The position numbers were made by a program, and so were the translations under genes. DNA of 64,000 nt from Selaginella moellendorffii. Lineage: Eukaryota > Plantae > Lycopodiophyta. The stretch spans positions 1,220,481 to 1,284,480 of the forward strand of contig NW_003314281.1 in the NCBI RefSeq assembly GCF_000143415.4, read 5' to 3'. Positions 37,105 to 46,953 of this stretch are shown in pieces (positions within the stretch are counted from its first letter, which is position 1; each line of letters opens with the position of its first letter). The notes under the pieces are model-generated. The model was given only the letters and a program-made list of their open reading frames with translations. It was not told the origin of the DNA and did not search any database.

Positions 37105-37652
37105 AGCTGCCGCTGCCGCCTTCTTCTCAGCTCCAAGCTCCCCAAAATCCCCGAAATCCCTGCAAAAGACCTGTGGATCTCGCGGCGCCCTGGCTGGAGC
37201 AGTCCCTTAGGTCGTGGATCGAAAGCGCCGCAGCTCAGATCTGACCCAGCTCGCGATGGCGCGCGCACACCGCTTTCCCTTCTTTCCTGGCGGATTCGCA
37301 ACAACAGGGCAACTTGTGAGGCCTGTTAAATATACATCGGAAACCCCAACTAATCCAGGCCGTCCAGGCCCCGCCATCCAACGGCGTGCATCACCACACG
37401 CGGGCAAAGGGCATATGCGGTAAGACGTCGCAAACGACCGTAATGTAAGTATCGCTGCCGCTAATCCGAGGCCATCCAACCGCCCCAAGCAGCGAGCGTG
37501 GGCTTTGCACCACCGTCGGATCTCATCTTCCTACATTTATGGTGTTTCTGGTTTTGGTATTACAACAAAAGAGTTCCTTCTGGCGAGCCTCGGCCATTTA
37601 GAAAAAAATTGAGGAGAATGTTAGTCACGGCTTGAACAATCACACGTACTTT

Positions 37653-39591
37653 TCATGGAGTGAATTGCTCTAAATCCATCGATGGTAGCACCGAAGCATG
37701 CTGCTGGACGCTTCTTATCTCCCGGAGTAGAGCTTTGGCCTCCTCTTTAGCCTGTGGAGAACGAGAACTTCCTCTTAGAACCAACACGAAGAAGTATCAA
37801 AGAGAGAACTTACCGGGCCGCCATAGTCGAGGAGTCTCATACAGTACATCTCACTGTCGTCTAGAAATCCCTGGTTCTTGGAGTGCGTCGCCAGGAAGAG
37901 CAACGCATCCACCACGTCCTGTCCTTCACTTTGATCCGCCTCGAGCCTCTCGAGATTTTTCTTGTAGTAGTAAGAGGCCTGGTCCGCCTGTCCAAGCTGG
38001 CTGTGCAGCTTCGCAAGCTTGTTGAGCGCTATGCCTTCGCGATCGTTGTTGTTCACGGCCCGGCGGTAGCACCGGATAGCGGCATCAAACATCTGGAGCT
38101 GCTCGTTCTCGTAGCACTGTCCCATGGCACACCACATCCGAGCGTCATGAGGACGGAGCTGCGCGGCACGCCGGTAGTAGTAGAGCGCGTAGAACGGCAT
38201 GATGAGAAGCTCGTAAGTTTGTCCCAGGCCATACCACGCGCGGTAGTCTCTGGGATTGATATCCACAGCTCTGCGGTACGCGTCGATGGCTGCCGGAGTG
38301 TTCTTCATTTCCACGTACTCGTGACCCATGAGAGTCCATGCTGATAAGTACTTCCGGTTGAGCTTGAGAGCTCTCTTGAAGTAGAGCACCGCCTTCTCGT
38401 GCTGGGCTTTCAAGCTGTAGTAGTTCCCGATGATGCAGCACGTCTCAGGCCGATACTTGTCCGTCAGCACCGCCTTGTGAGCAAGATGGCTCAGAGCTGC
38501 GAAGCACTCTTTGACGTAGAGAATGTTGGAGTACATGTCCATGCCTTCGATGCGATACGGGTCCGTCCGGAGGAGTTCCTCGAACAGCCCCTCGGCTTCG
38601 TCAAACTCTCGGAGGTTGTAGTGTGCTGTGGCTGTCTGCGCGAGAACGTAGTCACTGACTGGAAACATCGCGTGGAGCGAGCGGTAGCACGCCAGGCCTT
38701 CGGAGTTCTTCTGGAGATCCAAGTAGACGCTGGCTATGAAGAAGTCACGCATCCAGTGGTCCTCGAGTCGCAACGTTGGTAGGATCTCTGGGTCTGTGCA
38801 GAGAGCTTGGAGCTCCAGCCATGCGCTCCAGTTCCAAGGATATGTGTTGACGGATGCACAGAGAACGGCCCGAGCCTCCGACTTTCGGTCCCTTTCATGG
38901 AGGACCACCCCGTAGAGATAGTTTCCAAACGCATCAAGAGTTCCTTTTTCACTGTGTGATGTCAGCTCCTGTTCTAATCCGGCTAGCTCGGGATTTACAG
39001 CATCACTCCTTCCCAAAGGACCACCCAGCTCAATAATCTCCTCTTCTTTCCTTTTCTCCCCGGCCTGAAATCGAAGAAGCAAAGATGAAAGCGACTAAGT
39101 CTCGCTAGACCAAAAATGAAGAAAGTCTAGTCGTACTAGAGTTTTTCTACTAGAACGAAAAAATGGAGCTAGCTTACCAGGTAAGTCGCGTAACACCTTA
39201 GAAAAAAAGATTTCTTGCCAGTAGCACCCCTCAAAGCGTGTGCTGCTCTTCGATACTCCCGCATATCAAAGAATGCCTTTGCGAGTAGAAACACGTCTCC
39301 ATCGCCGCCCTCCGCCTCGTCGGGCACTGGCGCTGGACCTACATTCTCACGATCCTCCGGAAGCCCGACCAGTTGCTCGGCAGCCCTATTCACGCCCGCT
39401 AAACAGAGCTAGTTCAATAGCGAAGAACACAGCAGCGAGCGCTCAAAGAAAACGCGATCGCGAGAAAATGGAAAAACATCGAGAATCGAGAGCTAGAACA
39501 CGCACCATTTCGCGGCTGTGTAGAGTCCCCTGTCGCGGAGCTCGCGAATCGCCCGGCGGAGCTGGAGCCTGTGAGACGCGCCTGCCGCCAT
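37653..39591 (-). CDS. APC8: Anaphase-promoting complex subunit 8 (CDC23)
   Basis: LRRAIRELRDRGLYTAAKW|AAEQL, then a TPR array including YRPETCCIIGNYYSL, AWTLMGHEYVEMKN, DYRAWYGLGQ. Confidence 0.95.
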
Positions 39592-39654
39592 AGCGCAGCA
39601 GCAGCACTTCCTAGAACTAGGGCATCGTCTAAACCCTGAGAATGTTTTAGCCAA

Positions 39655-39688
39655 TCCAACGGCTCACAACTGGTAGCTATCCAACGGC
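39655..39688. promoter_or_regulatory. Two MSA-like elements in the APC8/ARM bidirectional promoter
   Basis: TCCAACGGC at 39655-39663 and 39680-39688, flanked by opposite telo-like boxes. Confidence 0.5.
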
Positions 39689-39753
39689 TGCGATCTTGCA
39701 CAAAATAGAAAAATTTCCTCCCTCTAGGGTTTTTGCGCGGAGGGGGGAGGGCC

Positions 39754-40673
39754 ATGGCTGCTGTGAGATCGATTTGTCGGCTTGGAGCTGCGATCCAGGT
39801 AGAGATTTACCCAGCTCTAGTGAAGCGCCTAAATTTCTGGGACAGGGCTGGCATAGAAATCTCATAGCGAAGATTCCAGTTCCCAAGCTTGGTAAGCGTC
39901 CTACATTTTTTCTTCTCTTGGAATAATCGAGGGGATTTTCTCTTTTCCAACAGCGTCGGAGTTTAAGCCTCCTCCAGTGAACGAATTTGGAGAAACAAAC
40001 GCCAGGCCTGGATGGCTTCGTGTTTCTGTGACCGCGGCTTTTCTTGGATACATGAGCATGAACGCTATTCCAATAATTGGTATGTGAAAAAAACTTGCGT
40101 TGTTCTTCCATAGCTTCTTAACGAACGGGAACTTTGTTTTTCTAGCCGAGGGTACTGTGAAACATCCGGTGCTCTTGCTCAAAGTGAAAGATCCCTTCTT
40201 CCAGCGAAGTGGTGCTTCCAGATTGATTTATCTCACTCTTACCGGTAAGTTCTCGCTTGTAAATTCAAGCTCTTGACATTCATGCGTGTTTGCTTCTTTC
40301 TTAGATGGAAGGAAGCAGGCAGCAGTGAAATACGGAGCCATCGGATTGCTCCTGGAAATGCTTGAGTCGGCCACCGATGACAAAACACGCATCGCTGCTC
40401 TCAAAGCAATGAACGCCCTTGCTCAATGCGGTACTTTTCACACTTTTCCTTGGTCTCTCTCTCAAATGCGCTACTTGTTCTTGGACAGATTTAGCGATCA
40501 AGGTGCTTCACAGGCGAGAAGGAGGTGCTGCTCTCGAAAAGATGGCCGAGTCTACTGCCAACCTCGAAATCCTGTCGCTTATTACTTCCATTCAAGACAA
40601 GATGAGGAGGCCGCTTGTGCTGGACGAAGAGGACGACCTTTTAGTGGCTACTCCGGCACTGGCTATGTCGTAA
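39754..40673 (+). CDS. Small ARM-repeat protein, probably organellar, 6 exons
   Basis: Open spliced frame with LLKVKDPFFQRSGASRL and GAIGLLLEMLESATDDKTRIAALKAMNALA. Confidence 0.7.
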
Positions 40674-41260
40674 GCAGCAACAGCGATGGACGAGTCGAGA
40701 GCTCGGTGCAAATAAAACCCGGGCTTGTGAAGAACAAAGAAAACTTGATATGAACTTCGTGTTTTGTGAATGTAAAAACCATTTTGTGGACAGGATCATC
40801 TCTCGCTCAAGTCGAGCTTTGCTCTTGAGTGAGCGATTGAAGAAAAGAATAGAAAGAAGCTAGCTAGACTTTAGCTCACAGAACTTTGGAGCTTGCATTT
40901 GATCTCGGTGAAGAGAGAGACGAGAGAAAAAATCACGTCGCCAACGATTGCAGCCTTGATTTGGCCCCTCCTTCGCAGCTTTCTTCTTTGCAACCTCTTC
41001 GGATCATGATCCGGCGAGCAAATCGAAACCAATCCTTGAATCAAAACCTCCATTTTTTCTCTGGCGTTCTTTCTCTCCCGGCGAGAAGAGTACCACTTAT
41101 ATTGACTCGACCAAAACAAAAGAAAAACGAAGAATCAAAGCGATACAGCTGTGAGTTGGCTGTGGTTTCATACGCGATTGGAATGTTTAATCGTGTTAGC
41201 GATGTCAAAATCGACATCAGCCAGGATGATAGCGTGAAAAAAAGGCCTTGACACTTTCTT

Positions 41261-41970
41261 TTGCTCAAATGTGTCGACTAAATCGCGAGTCCACCAAGCA
41301 CGGTTGGGCCAGCTCTCGATTTCGTGACCCCAACAACCGATCAAACTTTAAACTTTGTCGTACGGAAGTTCCCAAACTTTGCCGAAGAAACTCTTTTCAC
41401 AACTTTTCAAAGTTTCGGCCATGAGCACGTAGCTGGCGCTGTTTCGCTTGTCCATTTCTTTGATGGGTTGGAAAGCGGCACTTCCCACTTGCAAATTCCC
41501 CACTTTCTACTGGGATCCAGCAGCGTCGACCAGATCTCTCACGCCACGGTATTGTTTTTGCCGAGAGAAAGGCATCCTCCAGCCGGTTTGCTCGTCCGAG
41601 CATGTCAATCACGCAGTTGTAATGCTCCATCGCTGGTTTTAGTGGATACTCTGGAGAACTCACGTTTTTCCTCAGAAAAAACAGCTCCTTCCCTCGATCG
41701 ACGATCCAGTACGCGGAGAGAAGAGCGGCTTGACAAGCTCCTTTGTCATTGTTCCAAGGAAATCGAACATTGTGGCTATAACCCGAGGTGAACGAGCTCC
41801 GTCACTGGATCGCTTTTGTCTCTGGAAAGTCTAAAAGACCTGTTAGGCGTTGACATCTGCCGTCAAAGTCGATTGCAGGGAAAACCACGGCACTGTCTTC
41901 TCCCAGCTCGGCCTTGCAAGTTTCCGAGTTTCCGATGTCCACAGCCGCCATCTTTGCGCAAGCTTTGTTC
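41261..41970 (-). pseudogene. Degraded copy of the 3' part of the PPR gene at 43034-45502
   Basis: Nucleotide match to 42904-43680 with deletions and frameshifts (PAMEHYNCVIDMLGRANRL retained). Confidence 0.88.
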
Positions 41971-43033
41971 ACAAATCCAGAACTGGACTTTGAAGAAGCT
42001 CCCGTAAAATTCAGAACTTACCCTTAAACGGAATGAAAATATAACAATTGGCAAAAATCAAAGTAATTCGTATTAAAGATCATGAAAGAAATTATTGTGT
42101 CAAAAAATAAATTATCTACTTATTTTATTCACAATTAAAAATAAATAAAATAAATGATAAAGAGAAGAACGCTTGTGATCTCCATAATCTCCAACCTCTC
42201 TGGTAAGCTATTAACAATTTGCAGAAGCGGTCTTCTGCCACTCTTCTGCCTGCATGAACATAGAGGCTCGAAAGCCAGCTTACAGTGTTTACACTTTTTG
42301 ATGCTTGTTTAGTGCATCAGAGCTACCAGAGAGCTCGTCACAACGAGATCACCATAGTGGCTGCGACAAAAAACATTCAGCTTGAGTTCGGCCTTCTCTC
42401 CCCACACATGAGATTGCTCTAGCCGCAGCGACGGGGTACAATCGTCGTCTCCTCGCCAGAGCCCACGATTACTTACTGGAGACCTCAGCCCAGGACATCC
42501 GTTATACCACATTCAATCAGCTAAAGTTACTGAAACATCCACCGCAGACGGATATGTTCTTTCTCAACGCAAACAGCATGGCGACTCGTTCTACGACTTG
42601 GCTGGCCCTACAAGAAAATTGAGTCTAAGGTATTCGACATATAAACGAAAAGCTCATTTGGACTGGAATCAAGAGTGCAAGAACACCGCAATATGAACGT
42701 GAAGTTCTTAGCTTAATACAGAGCGGAGAAAAGATCTGACAGAAATACTTGAACCAAAATTTTATTCCTTGCGTTCTTCCTTTTCCGGACTGTCGCCCAA
42801 GGCCATTTTTTTTCCACGCTATTATCGATTGACATTGCTAACACGATTAAACGTTCCAAAATCGCAGAGCCAACTCACAGCTGTATTGCTTTGATTCTTC
42901 GTTTGCTCAAATGTGCCGTCTCAATCGCGAGACCACCAAGCACGGTCGGGCCAGCACTCGATTTCGTGGCCCAACAACCGATCAAACTTTAAGCTTTGTC
43001 GTACGGAAGTTCCCAGACTTCGCGGAAGAAACT

Positions 43034-45502
43034 CTAGCAACTTATCAAAGTTTCGGCCATTAGTAAGTAGCTGGCGCTGTTCCGCTCGTCCATTCCCTTG
43101 ATGGCTTGAAACGCGGCTCTTCCCACTCGCAAATTCCCCCACTTTCGACTGGCATCCAGCAGCGTCGTCCAGATCTCCACACTTGGCTTCCACGGCATTG
43201 TTTTTGCCAAGAGAAAGGCATCGTCTAGCCGGTTTGCTCGTCCGAGCATGTCAATCACGCAGTTGTAGTGCTCCATCGCTGGTTTTAATCCATACTCCGG
43301 AGAACTCATCGATAAAAACAGCTCCTTTCCTCGATCGACGATCCCGGCGTGGCTACACGCGGCTAGAACCGAGAGAAAAGTGATGCTATCCGGTTTGACA
43401 CGCTCCTTTCTCATTGTTTCAAAGAGATCAAACACTCTTGGAGCATCGCCATTGTGGCTATAACCCGAGATGAGCGAGCTCCAAATCACTGGATCACTTT
43501 TGTTGCTGGGAATTCTTGTCACGCAATCAAAAACCTGTTTTGCGGCGACCATGCTGCCGCATTTGCCGTAGAAGTCGATCGCAGCGCAAGCCACGGCACT
43601 ATCTTCTCCCAGCTCGGCCTTGCAAGCTTGCAAGTAGAGTTTTCTTCCGGCGTCCACGGCCGCCATCTTTGCGCAAGCTTTGATCGCAGCAGCGTAAGTC
43701 GAGGCATTTGGAGCGTGGCCTTCGCGTTTCATGCTCGAGAGAAACGCGAGCGCCATATCTGGAGCTTGGCTCTGAGCATAGCCGGAGATCACTGCCGTGA
43801 AAGAAACCACGTCGTGAGAGGCCATCTGATCGAAAACCCGGTTTGTTCTCTCCAGGTTGCTTCCACCGCACTTGGAGTAGAGATCGAGCAGCGAACTGGT
43901 AACGAAAACGTCCTCTAGATCGTTCGTCCTCGCAGCTTGAGCGTGGAGTTCCATTGTTCTCCCTAGAAGCCACGAAAGTTTGGAGACTTTTCCACTGGAT
44001 TCTTGTCTTTCTGCTGCTAAGCTCGAGCAGGCAGCGAGAGCAGCGACGAAAGCTCGAGCATTCGGTCTCAAACCAGCACTTTGCATGCGCGAGAACAGCT
44101 CGAGAGCGATCTCTCCTTCGCCACCCTGTGCATATCCAAGAACCAGGCTCGTCCACAAGACGACGTCTCGTTTTGCCAGTGGAATCCTGTCGAAAACCCT
44201 TCGAGCCTCGATCATGCTCCCACACTTGGAGTAGAAATCCACCAGGCTGCTACTAACATATGTGTCCAGCTCCAGTCCGAGTTCTACGACCTGCGAGTGA
44301 ATCAATCGTCCCTTCTCCAGAAGTTCTCGATGATCATCGTCGTCAACTTCCGGCCTGATTGATCTCCTCGTTGCAAGACCCGTGCAAGCAGCGATCGCGG
44401 CAACAAAGGTCCGAGCATTCGGTCGAATCCCACCTTCACTTTCCATCCTGCAGAAGAACTCTAGAGCTAGCTTTGCGTCGCCAGCCCGAGAGTAACCAAA
44501 GATCATAGCAGTCCACAACGCAACATCAGCCTTTTGTGCTCCAACTCTCTGGAACACCCGACGAGCTTCTTCCATGCTTCCACACTTTGCGTACATGTCG
44601 ACCAAACTGCTCGCCAAGAACATATCCTCCAAGTCGAACCTCTTCTTGGCAGCGCGAGCGTGAATCCTCTTCCCGATCTCTAGAAGCTCTTCTCTCGATC
44701 CAACACTTCCAGCCTTCTCAGCACCACTGGCGCAGGCGTTCAAGGCCGCTACGAAAGTCCGGCCATCCGGCTCGATCCCAGTTGTTTCCATCCGAGAGAA
44801 GAGGCCGAGAGCTCGATCGCCATCGCCACCTTGAACGTAGCCTCTGATCATAGCGTTCCAAGCCACCAGGTCTGGAGCCACCATCTTCTCAAACACCGAG
44901 CGAGCGCTTTGCAAGCTTCCACACGCCGAGTACATATGGACGAGAGCGCTGGCCACGAAATCGTTCGATGCTTCGTCACTGTCCAAGCGAGAATGGATCT
45001 CCATGCCGATCTCCAGCTGCTTGAGATTGCTGCAAGCCTTGAGCGCTGCGAGGATCAAAGAAATGCCTGGAGCTGATCCTTGTTCTCGCATTCTCGAGTA
45101 GAGTTTGAGCGTTTCTTGGTCTGATGGAAGAACGCTGGAGCGATATTTGGTGCCGAGAGACTCGAGCTTGATTGGCACCCAGCTCGGGCAGCCGCAGGAA
45201 TCAATCCACAGGCCTTCCCACGTGAAGACGTGGACGAAATCTGGATCCTTGGGAGATTTCTACACGGAAAAAGAGTTCTCTAGCGTGGTTCCTTCAAATT
45301 ATCAGGCTATGGCGTGTTAGCTTACCTTGGATGATCGATTGTCCGACCACTTTGCTGGATCGTCGAACAGCTGCTGCCATTTGCGCTCTTCCGATCTGGC
45401 TGTGTGCTGCTCTCTCGAATTCCCAGGACCATTCTTCCTCCTCTTCTTCTTTGTGAAAGAAATCGCTCCGAAAGAAGGGAGCGAGGATGTAATGCCCTCC
45501 AT
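43034..45502 (-). CDS. PLS-class PPR protein with an N-terminal OSB-type PDF motif (2 exons, ~800 aa)
   Basis: Exon 1 45502-45326, intron 45325-45260 (GT-AG), exon 2 45259-43034 in frame with the 714-aa PPR ORF. Confidence 0.85.
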
Positions 45503-45536
45503 TTCATAAGAACCCTAATTTCTAGCATCTGTCTAA

Positions 45537-45608
45537 GCATCAGTAGTCCAACGGTTAGGATAATTGCCTTCCAAGCAATAGACCCGGGTTCGACTCCTGG
45601 CTGATGCA
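45537..45608 (+). tRNA. tRNA-Gly(UCC), copy 1
   Basis: 72 nt, GCATCAG...ATTGC-CTTCCAA-GCAAT...GGTTCGACTCC...CTGATGCA, followed by TTTT. One G:U pair in the T stem. Confidence 0.93.
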
Positions 45609-46254
45609 ACTTTTAAATATCTCCAATCTCCCGCGGTTTAGGTTAGGGTTGCCATGGATGTCGGTTGGCTATGGCGACCTTCACCCTTCTTCTACTGCGA
45701 GGCAGGCGGTGGGCTCATCGCTGCGTTCGATCTCGTCGGCAAGCGGTGGGAGCTCGCTCGCCACTTTGGCCTCTGGCCGTGGACCGCTTGGCGCTGGTCG
45801 GTATCGCTATCGATCAAGTCCAGCGCTTGTCTGGGAGGACGGGGAGGAGCGACCAGCCATTCCAGATTCGCGGGTACTATGCTCCATTCTCGAGGGGCAG
45901 CGTGGGTTCCTTTTGCTCGTGGCCACCACCAGGGCTCCATCCTCGATCTCGAGATCGTGGAACCGCTACTCTGTGGCGACTTACAGCACTGTGGTCGCTA
46001 GCACTGGCGAGTATGCTGTCCTCAAGCTGGCCTAGGACCCAAACCGGAGTGCGTGCATGAAGCTCGGGCTCGAGTGGGACACGCTCTCGGAGTTACGCGG
46101 CACAGGTCTCATTCTTTCAGCGCAGCGGGAGTTTACAGCGCGTTGCTCGTGCTCAGCCAGACGACCTCATTGGTTTCTACCACCTGAAAAGCCGAAGGGT
46201 TAGTTCTTCTCTTGCACGTCAATTAGCTGACAACGCTGTATCGTTTCTTCCAGG

Positions 46255-46825
46255 TCATGAGCCAACTAGAGCTGGAGGATGAGGTCCAGACAGATCTGAA
46301 GCGAGGTACCGGAGAGTTCACCAAAGACGGCAACGACACCAAGAAGCTCAATCGGGTGCTTCAGCTCACAGGCTTCAGCGGTCCCGTGTATTCTTGAACG
46401 ACATTTTGCTGGACGTGACGGTGATCAACCGGACCAAGGAGACGCTCCAGAACCTGTGCCTGGAGCAACCATGGGCGACCTGAAGCTGGTTGAGCGGCCA
46501 CAAAACTACACGCTGGCCCCCGATGCAAGCAAGCAAATCAGAGCAAACGTCAAGGTTTGATCCATTCGAACTCGGCCGAACGTCGGAGGCGGGCGAGATG
46601 TAGTCCATGATGTCAATGCGGATGTCAACGTTGCGGTCCAGTTCGTATACGATGTTCCCAAATATCACTCCAGAACAAGGTACGTGAGTTCTTTTCTTTT
46701 CTTTTCTCGATCGGTGGAAGCATCTGCTTGTGTTGCTGGTTTCTATGACCTCGACCATGGAGGACGTGAAGCAGTTCCTGGATCACAACGTTACGTCCAC
46801 AAACATGAAGTGCTTGACTCCACCG
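46255..46825 (+). pseudogene. Coatomer beta (beta-COP) gene fragment with an internal inversion
   Basis: MSQLELEDEVQTDLKR...KLNRVLQLTGFS, VINRTKETLQNLCLE, TMGDLKLVERPQNY, STNMKCLTPP on plus. GVIFGNIVYE...IDIMDYISPA on minus. Stops and deletions present. Confidence 0.88.
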
Positions 46826-46953
46826 TACGTTATCTTAGATCTAGCCTAGCTTGTCTCTGAGATTCTATAGGCTTGGCTTCAAGCTTGAGAATTTGCTGGC
46901 TTTAAAAATTGGCAAAAAGGGCACAAAAATAATAGAAAATTTTATAAAGCATG

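Noticed and set aside
42480-42580. TSTADGYVLSQR, resembling an acid-lipase N-terminal motif
   Set aside because: Too short, with no supporting neighbouring exons.
45656-46040. ORF-like sequence after tRNA-Gly, weakly similar to 60080-60370 (YAVLK)
   Set aside because: No recognisable family and the frames are broken; insufficient support.
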